DNA of 37,442 nucleotides, from IMG/VR virus record IMGVR_UViG_3300040801_004840, positions 1-37,442 of that record; one strand, 5' to 3'. Below the pieces are notes generated by a model. The model did no database searches. It had not been told where the DNA came from and worked only from the letters and a program-made list of their open reading frames with translations. The stretch comes from a virus. Shown here one piece after another: positions 23,775-32,485 of this stretch; positions within the stretch are counted from its first letter, which is position 1, and each line of letters begins with the position of its first letter. A program made the position numbers and the translations under genes.

Positions 23775-25101
23775 GTCCGTTATACGTCTTGATAACGCGT
23801 ATAAGCCGCGTAACTATCAACGGGCAATATTCGACGCTATCGAGAACAAAGGGTACCGCAAAGCCATTCTTATATGGCCACGACGGGCCGGAAAAGACAT
23901 TACGACCTGGTTTCTGATTATCAGACAGGCTCTCAAAAGGAAGGGAATGTACTTCTATTGTCTCCCTACCTATCGGCAATGTAAAACAGTCATATGGAAC
24001 GCGATACGTAATGATGAAGTATCATTTTTAAGCATGATACCGAAAGAACTTATCTATAAGGTAAATAATACCGAAATGTCCATAACCCTTACGACAGGGT
24101 CAATAATACAGCTTATAGGATCTAACTCGTATGATCGTGCTCTTGTCGGTACCAACTGTAGAGGCATCGTATTCTCGGAGTTCTCACGCTCAGATCCGAA
24201 CAGTTTCAAATATACGTTACCTATCCTCCAGGCTAATAACGGATTCTGTATCCTCCAATCCACTCCTTTCGGTAAAAATACGTTCTACGATCTTTATAAT
24301 ACCGCACACCATTATCCAAAAGACTGGTTTCTTCAAAAGCTTACGCTTGACGATACACGTCACGTAGATAGAGCCGACATAGATCAGCAGGTAATGCAAG
24401 GGGTCGTTTCCGAACAGTTCGTGCAACAGGAATGGTATACTTCTTTCGATACAGGCGCGGAAGGTTCTTATTACGCTCAGATTATTAATAAGCTCTACCT
24501 TGAAAACAAAATAGGAGACTTTGATTATATTCCTACCCTTCCGGTCTATACAGCTTGGGACCTCGGCTATTCTGACAGCACAAGTATCGTGTTCTTCCAG
24601 CTTGTCAACGATGTTGTCCATATAATTGATTACTATGAAAACAATAAACAGTCACTTGAATACTATTGCAAACATGTCCTTACACGTGAATATTACTACG
24701 GAGGACATATAGCACCCCATGATATAGCTGTGCATGAATTCGGGTCGGGCCTGACACGTATGGAGATAGCTTCGTCGTTAGGCCTTCGTTTCACGCAGGC
24801 TACAAAGGTACCCATCATTGACGGCATAGAGGCGGTACGGGCCCTGCTTCCTTTATGCCGTTTTAACGAGAAACGGACACTTAAGCTTATCCGTCATCTT
24901 GAGAATTATCACCAGGAGTTTGATAGCGCCAGAGGCGTTTTTAAACTGAAACCCGTACACGATCTCAGTTCACACGGAGCAGACGCGTTTAGAATGTTGG
25001 CGGTAACCTATAAACGCTTTAAGACAAACTCATCAGCCCTGGAAATAGAAGAGAGATATCAGCGCATGAGAGGGCAACAGGGCAGAGGATGGCCATTCTA
25101 G
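23761..25101 (+). CDS. terL: Terminase large subunit
   Basis: 446 aa. Walker A WPRRAGKDIT, Walker B GIVFSEF, and nuclease-domain acidic motifs AWDLGYSD, IAPHD, HGADAFR. Confidence 0.85.
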   Translation: MLTTESVIRLDNAYKPRNYQRAIFDAIENKGYRKAILIWPRRAGKDITTWFLIIRQALKRKGMYFYCLPTYRQCKTVIWNAIRNDEVSFLSMIPKELIYKVNNTEMSITLTTGSIIQLIGSNSYDRALVGTNCRGIVFSEFSRSDPNSFKYTLPILQANNGFCILQSTPFGKNTFYDLYNTAHHYPKDWFLQKLTLDDTRHVDRADIDQQVMQGVVSEQFVQQEWYTSFDTGAEGSYYAQIINKLYLENKIGDFDYIPTLPVYTAWDLGYSDSTSIVFFQLVNDVVHIIDYYENNKQSLEYYCKHVLTREYYYGGHIAPHDIAVHEFGSGLTRMEIASSLGLRFTQATKVPIIDGIEAVRALLPLCRFNEKRTLKLIRHLENYHQEFDSARGVFKLKPVHDLSSHGADAFRMLAVTYKRFKTNSSALEIEERYQRMRGQQGRGWPF

Positions 25102-25643
25102 TACTTTAGGTAACCCAAGACAACGTAGATCTCACGAATATTCGCGCGGGCAGCACTTGAGGTAATAATAACGTTCGTACCGTCAACGCGAATACTTATG
25201 TAATCTGCCGGACCATTGAAGTAGGGTAAGGGGTAATAGTTAAGGGCGACCGTATCATTCGCTACGGCTTGAATCTGGGTGAATGTAAGCTGTCCTATTG
25301 TTGCGTCTATACTATGGGCTATATTCGTAGCCCCTAGCGGCAAACCCCCCGGCGTCTGTAAGTATAAAACTCTTGCGAATTCAGGACGTTCTGTTGTCGT
25401 TTGGGCACTTGTCCCTATCCGCTGAAAAAAGTAACGGCCGGAAAGCTTCTCGCCCAAGTTACAATTGCCGTTTACTTTCTTGTTCATCGTTAGATTAATC
25501 GCGTTAACACTGTTACGAAGCTGGACCATAAAGTCTTTAAACTCACGATTATTGACGTTAATGGTCCCTTGTCGTTCAATATCGTAGACTATAGTCGTAG
25601 GTAATAATAAGCCGTAGCTTACATTGTCTGGATAACCGGGCAT
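25098..25643 (-). CDS. Structural-like protein, lone antisense gene in the late block
   Basis: 181 aa. Its stop shares the palindrome CTAG with the TerL stop. Its N-terminal motif resembles ORF 4471-5088. Confidence 0.6.
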   Translation of the reverse strand: MPGYPDNVSYGLLLPTTIVYDIERQGTINVNNREFKDFMVQLRNSVNAINLTMNKKVNGNCNLGEKLSGRYFFQRIGTSAQTTTERPEFARVLYLQTPGGLPLGATNIAHSIDATIGQLTFTQIQAVANDTVALNYYPLPYFNGPADYISIRVDGTNVIITSSAARANIREIYVVLGYLKY

Positions 25644-25690
25644 TGCTAAACTCCTTATTTGAAGGACAATCTTACAAAAGAAAGAGTACT

Positions 25691-26368
25691 ATGGATACTA
25701 TAAACCAACAAACATTTTCACCGGGCAGGGCAGCAGCAGCAAGCATGGCTGGCCCGCTTCTTGCCGCGTTAATAGGTGGACTCCAAAGGCCGAATCAACA
25801 AGCGTCATACGGACAAAGCCAGTTTGCCGAACAGTTCGGGCAACCCCGTACATTCTCAACAGGAGAGACATCATGGTTCGACCAGATGTTTGGAACTATA
25901 CCCTCGCAAATAACTCAACTTCCACAGTTCACCATGGGCCAGCAGTCTGCTATGGATCAACTACTACAGGACTATCTGGGACGGTCACGGCAGTTGATGG
26001 ACTTCAGCCCGATAGAAGAGCAGGCCCGTACAGGATTCCAGCAGAAGACATTGCCGTCAATACTTGAACGACTTCAAACCTTCGGCGGAATGGGTTCATC
26101 CGGCGCTCAACATGTAGTAGGACAGGCAGGCGCGGGTCTCGAACAGAACCTTGCCGCTATGAGACAGCAGTTCAACGAAGGAATGCTGAACAGACTTATG
26201 CAAGGTGCTCAAATGGGTCTCCAACCACGATATGAAACCGTTGTAGATCCGGCACGTGAGACGGCAGGATCAAAAATGCTTACCCTGGGTTCGCAGCTTA
26301 TCGGACTCTTGGCAGGCGGGCCCATAGGAGAAGCGGCAGCTTCGGGCGTTAGAGGATTATTTAAATAA
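25691..26368 (+). CDS. Internal virion/ejection-type protein (putative)
   Basis: 225 aa from ATG 25691; the track start at 25643 is TTG. It is Q/G/M-rich with hydrophobic Gly/Ala ends. Confidence 0.55.
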   Translation: MDTINQQTFSPGRAAAASMAGPLLAALIGGLQRPNQQASYGQSQFAEQFGQPRTFSTGETSWFDQMFGTIPSQITQLPQFTMGQQSAMDQLLQDYLGRSRQLMDFSPIEEQARTGFQQKTLPSILERLQTFGGMGSSGAQHVVGQAGAGLEQNLAAMRQQFNEGMLNRLMQGAQMGLQPRYETVVDPARETAGSKMLTLGSQLIGLLAGGPIGEAAASGVRGLFK

Positions 26369-26379
26369 AGGAGAGTCGT

Positions 26380-28956
26380 ATGGCTATTATATTACCCCAA
26401 AGGGGCTACCCGGGCCTTGATAAAATGAGCGATATGCTTAACAGGCTCATAGAAACACAGGCCCAAGAACAGAGTAAAATGAGAATGGCCGAAATGATGT
26501 CCCGGCTCAAACAGCAGGAACAGGCGCAAAGGGGACAGGCGTTCGGCAGAGCAATGCAAATGGTCGGAGGGCAACCAACGGCGCGTGAATATGCGGGCCT
26601 TATGCCTGAAGGTCAACAAATGCCACCGCAAATGCCGGTAGCCGCGCAAATGCCAATAGGAGCAACTGAGGCTATGCCGATGCAAGGGACAATGCAACAG
26701 GTACCACAGGGCCAACAACAACCCATAGATATAAATTCTATCAATTGGTCTCAGGTAGATCCTCGCGATATTCCTACATTGCTTAATTACATGCAGGCAG
26801 AAAACCAAAAACGGCAAGAAGCAATAAATGAACAAAGAAGACTACAACAGGGGCAACAGAAAATAGATATAGCCGCTGAAGCATTAGAAGAGAAAAAACA
26901 AAAGCCGGTCCGTGAATACGTCAAAGAAAGACAAAAAGAATTTGGTGATGCTAAAAGGCTACGGAGACTTTCAAACAGAATCACTGAAATGCTTCCTGAG
27001 ATAGAACAGCTATGGCCAAATGCCGCAGAAAGAATAGGACGTACGGCTCTTGATACAATTATAGGAGGAAGGTCGAGTCCGGAGCAGTTTACTCAAGATC
27101 CTAAGTTGCGTGAATACCTTCGTCTTTTAAGGGAATATATTCCGTTATACGAACGATTTACGTCTGCTGCCGGTAGACAGACAAAGGCAAGCTTAGATCT
27201 TGCTGAAAAGGGAAAAGCTTCGTTCCTGATGCCATTTGAATCACATAAGGCAATGGTTAATGAAATGAACGAGTTAACTACGGATGTATTCGATTCATAT
27301 AAATATATGCGCGGCCTTTATAATCCCGAGACAGAACGATACCCACAAGATCTCGCGGAACGTGTTTCAGAATATGAAATAGAAAAACTCACAAAGGGAA
27401 ATCCACAACTTGAGCGCTATGCGGAAGAGCAAGCAAATACCGATCTGGGTAAGCCGGGCCCCGGAATATCACCACAAGAACAAGAAGTACCCGGCGTACC
27501 TCCTGCTTTACAGGGTGCACAGGGTGAGCAGCCATCGCAACCACAAACACCGGAAACAAGAGGTACACAGGTAGAGCCTTCGCCCGGAACAGAACCAACA
27601 ACAATGACACAGGAGTTTCAAGATCTTGCGCAACAACAGGCTCCCGAACCTCAAGGACTTGTTAAAGGTCCTGAATCTTGGAGTTATCTTGAAAGATGGC
27701 TGGGGAGAAAATTACCCGGAACACCTACAACACCGGAAGAAAAAGCAGAAGTAAGGCGCGCGTTTCAGGATATAGAGGAAACACTAGGGCCCATAGCGAA
27801 CGACGTTGGAAGTATCTTATCTTTGCCGGTAACCGGTTTATTAGGAGTTCCCGGATCTATACAGGAAGGAATAATAAGGCCGTTGATGGGGGTCTCAGGA
27901 TACTTAACAAAAGCGGCCACGCTCGGCATGTGGAATACTCCCTTTTTCCAGGATATTGTAGACAAGTATCCGGGAATCCAATTCCCAACCCCAAAAGACT
28001 TAAATGAACTCCTAAGAAAAGGAATGCCTACTACACGAATAGGAGATATGGTTAACGACTTTGCGCGCGATCTTGTAAGTGTTTATTCCCTTGTTCCTTT
28101 AGCTTCTCCAAGCGCTAAGAAGTTCGTGATTGGGACCGGTATAGGGAAGCTTGCAAAACATGGCCTAAAATCCCTTGGATTTGGTGAAGGAGTTCAAGAA
28201 GGAGCGGACGCTTTAGGGGTTCTTTTAGGGACAGCACTGCCAACACGAAAGTATTTTGAAAGGACTGCAGCGTCATTAATGAATAAAGGCGAATCAAGCC
28301 TTGCCGATATCTCAAAAAAGGTAGATATAGAAAATTATATAGAAGCAGCGACAAACTTATATGAACAGGCAATACGCGGCGGCCAAAGTCCCGGCAAAAA
28401 ACAGATAATCGGATTTGTTGAAAATATAATAAAGAATACCGAAAAGCTTCAAAATCCTACCTTTCTTGCTAAAGAATCTAAATCACTAAGCAATGTCTTC
28501 CCAACGCTTAATAGTGAAGCCCGGCAGTATTGGAAAGAACTTCATGACGCGCTTGGAAAAACAATGGATAAATTCGGCTCTTTAGGGTCTAAAGAAAAAA
28601 TAGCAATAGATACCCTGAAACAAGGCAGAGATCTTTACAGAACCTATGCGCAATCACTGACCACAAAAGACATCTTTCAAAAGCTTTTCGATAAAATTCC
28701 TTCTTCTATGAAAATAGGAAGCGGCGCTCTTTCGCTTTATGGTATTACACGACATCCTGTTCTAGGAATAGGAAGTGCTGTAGCTGGAGCTGCGGGTCTA
28801 CCGTTAGCAGCGGCAGCATATAATGCGATTAATGCATTAAAAAGCCCTACAGCAAGAAAGTTTTACCTTAATTCATTAAAGGCCGCAGGAAGCAATAACG
28901 CCCGGTTATTTGGAAGAAGCCTTAAAAATCTAAGTGATTATCTGGAGAAAAAATAG
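26380..28956 (+). CDS. Large internal virion protein (ejection or tape-measure-like)
   Basis: 858 aa with an AAGGAG SD. It has Q/P/M-rich low-complexity stretches, coiled-coil segments and C-terminal hydrophobic helices. No enzymatic motif recognised. Confidence 0.55.
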   Translation: MAIILPQRGYPGLDKMSDMLNRLIETQAQEQSKMRMAEMMSRLKQQEQAQRGQAFGRAMQMVGGQPTAREYAGLMPEGQQMPPQMPVAAQMPIGATEAMPMQGTMQQVPQGQQQPIDINSINWSQVDPRDIPTLLNYMQAENQKRQEAINEQRRLQQGQQKIDIAAEALEEKKQKPVREYVKERQKEFGDAKRLRRLSNRITEMLPEIEQLWPNAAERIGRTALDTIIGGRSSPEQFTQDPKLREYLRLLREYIPLYERFTSAAGRQTKASLDLAEKGKASFLMPFESHKAMVNEMNELTTDVFDSYKYMRGLYNPETERYPQDLAERVSEYEIEKLTKGNPQLERYAEEQANTDLGKPGPGISPQEQEVPGVPPALQGAQGEQPSQPQTPETRGTQVEPSPGTEPTTMTQEFQDLAQQQAPEPQGLVKGPESWSYLERWLGRKLPGTPTTPEEKAEVRRAFQDIEETLGPIANDVGSILSLPVTGLLGVPGSIQEGIIRPLMGVSGYLTKAATLGMWNTPFFQDIVDKYPGIQFPTPKDLNELLRKGMPTTRIGDMVNDFARDLVSVYSLVPLASPSAKKFVIGTGIGKLAKHGLKSLGFGEGVQEGADALGVLLGTALPTRKYFERTAASLMNKGESSLADISKKVDIENYIEAATNLYEQAIRGGQSPGKKQIIGFVENIIKNTEKLQNPTFLAKESKSLSNVFPTLNSEARQYWKELHDALGKTMDKFGSLGSKEKIAIDTLKQGRDLYRTYAQSLTTKDIFQKLFDKIPSSMKIGSGALSLYGITRHPVLGIGSAVAGAAGLPLAAAAYNAINALKSPTARKFYLNSLKAAGSNNARLFGRSLKNLSDYLEKK

Positions 28957-29097
28957 TTAACCCATCATTTTTTCTTTTGTAAGCATTGCTACGATTGTCT
29001 GAATAAGAAGCTGTTTAACGGTCATATCCTTGGCCAGGGCAGCTTCTTTTATTTTCTTGTGTAAAAAGTCCGGAATTTCCACCTTAAGTTGTTTCAT
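28957..29097 (-). CDS. Ribbon-helix-helix protein, 46 aa, antisense within the late block
   Basis: Not in the ORF track. Hand translation: MKQLKVEIPDFLHKKIKEAALAKDMTVKQLLIQTIVAMLTKEKMMG. AAAGGA SD 6 nt upstream. Its stop abuts the stop of the 858-aa gene. Confidence 0.5.
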   Translation of the reverse strand: MKQLKVEIPDFLHKKIKEAALAKDMTVKQLLIQTIVAMLTKEKMMG

Positions 29098-29114
29098 TAT
29101 CAATCCTTTCATTG

Positions 29115-29133
29115 TACGTATTCACCTACGTAT
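29115..29133. promoter_or_regulatory. Tandem TACGTAT boxes (candidate RHH operator)
   Basis: TACGTAT at 29115 and 29127, a 12-bp period. The palindrome TAGTACTA lies at 29136-29143. Both are in the divergent gap between the RHH gene and the fibre operon. Confidence 0.3.
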
Positions 29134-29222
29134 CTTAGTACTACAGAAAATCTAGTATGTCTATGTTTTTATGCGCCAGGCTAACACCGTAACGTATTAA
29201 CTTTATACCAAAGAGGTGCGCG

Positions 29223-29417
29223 ATGGAAAGAAAAGAAGCAATGACACTTGTAACAACAGTAAATGAGAAAGAGTTTCGCTTTGAAATGCCTATAGGGGCT
29301 ACGTTCACCGACGCCTATGTTGCTTGTCATGAGTGTCTTGTGGAGATTACCGCAATGGTAAAAAAATATACTGAATCTCTAGAGAAAAAGGCCCAAGCAG
29401 ATGAAGAAAACAAATAG
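29223..29417 (+). CDS. Small hypothetical protein
   Basis: 64 aa with an AAGAGGTG SD. First gene after the divergent gap. Confidence 0.55.
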   Translation: MERKEAMTLVTTVNEKEFRFEMPIGATFTDAYVACHECLVEITAMVKKYTESLEKKAQADEENK

Positions 29418-29754
29418 GCTTATACCGTTTTATTATTATCGCGAGAATGATCCTCCCGCTGAAGTATCTATAGTATTAGAGGCGCTAGAATATCCTGTTT
29501 GTTTTTTAAGGATAATAAACGATACAAACGCGAGAATATCCGTAAAAATATCATTTGATATTGAAGACGACGATGTCCACGACCTTATTCCTTCATATCA
29601 GAATCTTGAACTAAAAGGCGGATACACGGGCGTGGAGAACTACCATATTCTGCCGCTCGGTACATTCTTGACACTTACACCTGACATTGATGACCAGGAA
29701 GAAGTGGTTGGAGCTTTAGCGGTCGCCGCTTATACCTGGATGAGGGAGGCGTAA
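29401..29754 (+). CDS. Hypothetical protein (fibre module)
   Basis: 117 aa, tightly packed with its neighbours. Confidence 0.6.
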   Translation: MKKTNRLIPFYYYRENDPPAEVSIVLEALEYPVCFLRIINDTNARISVKISFDIEDDDVHDLIPSYQNLELKGGYTGVENYHILPLGTFLTLTPDIDDQEEVVGALAVAAYTWMREA

Positions 29755-29755
29755 C

Positions 29756-30106
29756 ATGTATAAAGCAGTATGCGCTTTGTTCGAGCCGTTAAGAATCCTA
29801 GATTACGATGACATAGGCTTGGGGTATACACGCATCGGGGATGAGGTCTCCAACCCCGCTATACAGATCTGGTTTGATAATCTTACCGATGTGCATCTTG
29901 CAGTTTCGCATAATGGTGTAGATCCGCATCTTACGATCGCCGCAAGGTCTTCGAAGGTTATCGATGTCACGGCAAACTCGGCAAATACCTCTGGATCGGG
30001 TATTCTCTGTTACCCTGCAAATACGCAATGGTTCGTGACTTACTTTACTGATCTCCCAACGCTTGGATTCTTCTCGATGTCGGTATTATACGGGAGAATA
30101 GAATGA
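29756..30106 (+). CDS. Hypothetical protein (fibre module)
   Basis: 116 aa. Its stop overlaps the next start as ATGA. Confidence 0.6.
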   Translation: MYKAVCALFEPLRILDYDDIGLGYTRIGDEVSNPAIQIWFDNLTDVHLAVSHNGVDPHLTIAARSSKVIDVTANSANTSGSGILCYPANTQWFVTYFTDLPTLGFFSMSVLYGRIE

Positions 30107-31818
30107 GTGGAGTAATTAGCTATATCCCCGTTGCTATTCCCGGCGGGGGAATCATATCACTAACAGGAGATGACGCCAATCCCGTTGTTGCTGATGGTGC
30201 AGGAAACGTAAACGTAACAGGCGGTCCAAATATAGTCGTAGACCGGATTGCGGCGAACAATCTTCGGATATCAACAACGGCTACAGTCGCGAATTTCAGA
30301 GCTGATGACGGAAACGACGCGCAACCGGATATTAATAACAGAGTGTTTATATATGGTGATGCCAATATTGAAACTGACGCCGGAACCGCGAACACAATAG
30401 CGTTCTCATTGGCAGATGATATTACAATAACGGACAGCATAACAGCAGGCGGCCTGATAGATTGCGGCAGCATCGAATGCGCGGGCAACATTACAAGTCT
30501 ACAAGATATTGACGGGAGGATTATAACCGCGTCTATACAATTAAACAGTGATTCCGCTGTGTTAATGCCAGACAATCCTAATGATGTAGCACTAATAGCC
30601 GGGGGAAATGTTCATCTTAGAAAGAATGGTAATCTAGATGAAGGGGTTGTGCAACTTGTATCTCTTGATCCAACTACACTTTCTATGAGATCAAACAAAG
30701 GTACAGACGGGCAGTTACTTATAGGTTCAACAGCTGACAGGGTTGAATGGGCTAATATACTTTCGGCAGACGGGTCAATAACGGTAACCAACGGCTCGCA
30801 TAGTATTGATTTAGCCGTTAATGGAGCACCCAATCTTCAATTCCAAACAGACGACGGTCAAACAGCGAGTCCGCAGCCAAGATTGATACGTGTAAGCGGA
30901 GCAGCTAACCAGATCGTGACAAGCAGACCGGCTAATAATGAAATCAGGATCGGCATAGCAAACAACCCGACACTGACCGGCAATGCTACAATGGGATCAT
31001 TTGAAGCGGTAGGGGCTTGCTCCATAATCGGCACCCTTACTGTCGTCGGCCCCCCTGATGTTATCGGCGGCATAGAGGCCTCACGTGTTAATTGTACCTA
31101 TTTTAATATTGCAGGCGCGAGCGTTACTGATACAGGCGTGCTTATCAAGAACGCTATAAGTAACAGGGTCGAAACTCTTTCGCCAACAGTGCAAGGACAG
31201 ATACTTATAGGAAGACCCGGGGCCCGTCCCGTATGGAACACCCTCACAGCGGGAGCAGGCATAAATATTGATACAACAACACCGGATAATATAACCATAA
31301 CAGCAACAGGCGGAGGTGGTGGAGGCGGAACAACATTTTTGTTTCATACGTATTTGGCAGCTGACGATCGCGCGTTTTTGGGATATACACCGGCAACAGC
31401 AGACAGAAATTATTTGCATAACTTTACGGTCGCTTATGACCCTTTTGCTACAATCAACGCTGTACAATGTAGCTTTACCGCGCCCGCGACGGCCTATTAT
31501 GAGTTTAATTTAAATGTATCAATCGCGCGATCAACAGGAACCGCTTGGACGAACACCTTAATTCAAAATGGTTTCTTGGTTTCGTACAGAGGAAGTGACG
31601 GGACAATATTGAACTACACCGTTTTCGGCAGTAACTATTCTGAAACGGCAGGAATTACAAACTACGGAACCCCGGCGCGTGTCTCGCTTTCACACTCACC
31701 CATTATACATATTAACGCGGGTACGACATACAGGGTTGTTATAGGGTCATCCGTCTTAACCCATGTTTTTGGCCTCATAAAAGATATAACGACGTTTTCA
31801 GGTTACAAACTAACGTAA
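30103..31818 (+). CDS. Tail fibre with a C1q/TNF-like C-terminal head
   Basis: 571 aa. Repeated fibre motif GQ(L/I)LIG....P.W..L.A..G(I/S)I. A Gly7 hinge precedes a ~160-aa domain with FTAPATAYYEFNLNV, IIHINAGTTYRVVI and TTFSGYKL, which align with C1q-domain hallmarks. Confidence 0.7.
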   Translation: MSGVISYIPVAIPGGGIISLTGDDANPVVADGAGNVNVTGGPNIVVDRIAANNLRISTTATVANFRADDGNDAQPDINNRVFIYGDANIETDAGTANTIAFSLADDITITDSITAGGLIDCGSIECAGNITSLQDIDGRIITASIQLNSDSAVLMPDNPNDVALIAGGNVHLRKNGNLDEGVVQLVSLDPTTLSMRSNKGTDGQLLIGSTADRVEWANILSADGSITVTNGSHSIDLAVNGAPNLQFQTDDGQTASPQPRLIRVSGAANQIVTSRPANNEIRIGIANNPTLTGNATMGSFEAVGACSIIGTLTVVGPPDVIGGIEASRVNCTYFNIAGASVTDTGVLIKNAISNRVETLSPTVQGQILIGRPGARPVWNTLTAGAGINIDTTTPDNITITATGGGGGGGTTFLFHTYLAADDRAFLGYTPATADRNYLHNFTVAYDPFATINAVQCSFTAPATAYYEFNLNVSIARSTGTAWTNTLIQNGFLVSYRGSDGTILNYTVFGSNYSETAGITNYGTPARVSLSHSPIIHINAGTTYRVVIGSSVLTHVFGLIKDITTFSGYKLT

Positions 31819-31890
31819 AGGAATATTATGCCTTGCAAAGGAAACAAGAAAAAAGGAAATAAGGGCAAATAGGATATATAAAGGACTACT

Positions 31891-32475
31891 ATGAAAAGAA
31901 GAACTACATTAACGGGCTACGGACAAAGCCAGCCGTTAATAAATATGCAGTACCCGCCGATTGTCGCAAATAGGGCACCAACGGACCAAGATTGGTATGA
32001 TATTGGGCAAATATGGATAGACAAAAGGCCAACGCAAAATATAGCGTGGCTTTTGGTAAGTTATAATAATGGTGTGACTGCAGGCTCACCTGTATGGGTG
32101 CGTATCGACACAAACGCAGATAATAGCTTAACGTATACACGGACGCCCGATAATGCCATAAACCTTGAAGCGAACGCGGGTTATGTTTTGCATACCGCGG
32201 GGAATAAGGTTCTTACATTGCCGGAGGCAGCAGCGCTGGGATCAGTTATCGAAATATCAACTGAAGGTCTGGGGGCAAACAGTATTACTTTTGCGCAAAG
32301 AGCCGGCCAACAAATCACATGGGGTGACGTGGAACCGGTTGCAGGCGTAGGGCATGGCCTTAGATTAAACGCGAACGCAATATACCGAAACAGCTTCAAA
32401 ATAGTCTGTAGCGCCGCAAATACCGGTTTTGTAATTACAAATAATGATCCCGGCTTTGCATTGGCAGCTTATTAG
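31891..32475 (+). CDS. Short fibre-module protein carrying the shared C-terminal domain
   Basis: 194 aa. Its C-terminal ~90 aa align with the C-termini of the two spike proteins (LP...G..(I/L)E(I/L)...AGQQI.....G.G). Confidence 0.6.
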   Translation: MKRRTTLTGYGQSQPLINMQYPPIVANRAPTDQDWYDIGQIWIDKRPTQNIAWLLVSYNNGVTAGSPVWVRIDTNADNSLTYTRTPDNAINLEANAGYVLHTAGNKVLTLPEAAALGSVIEISTEGLGANSITFAQRAGQQITWGDVEPVAGVGHGLRLNANAIYRNSFKIVCSAANTGFVITNNDPGFALAAY

Positions 32476-32485
32476 GAGGTAAATA

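Noticed and set aside
29401-30106. Possible paralogy of the two ~116-aa proteins upstream of the fibre genes
   Set aside because: Only a loose pattern is shared by eye (N.T(N/D)..(I/L).V, a later LP/YP..T, and a C-terminal G....(S/A).Y). That is too weak to claim without a profile alignment.
31828-31872. 14-codon Lys-rich micro-ORF (MPCKGNKKKGNKGK) with an AGGA SD between two fibre genes
   Set aside because: The purine-rich spacer gives Lys/Gly codons by default. The ORF is too short and low-complexity to support without conservation or Ribo-seq data.
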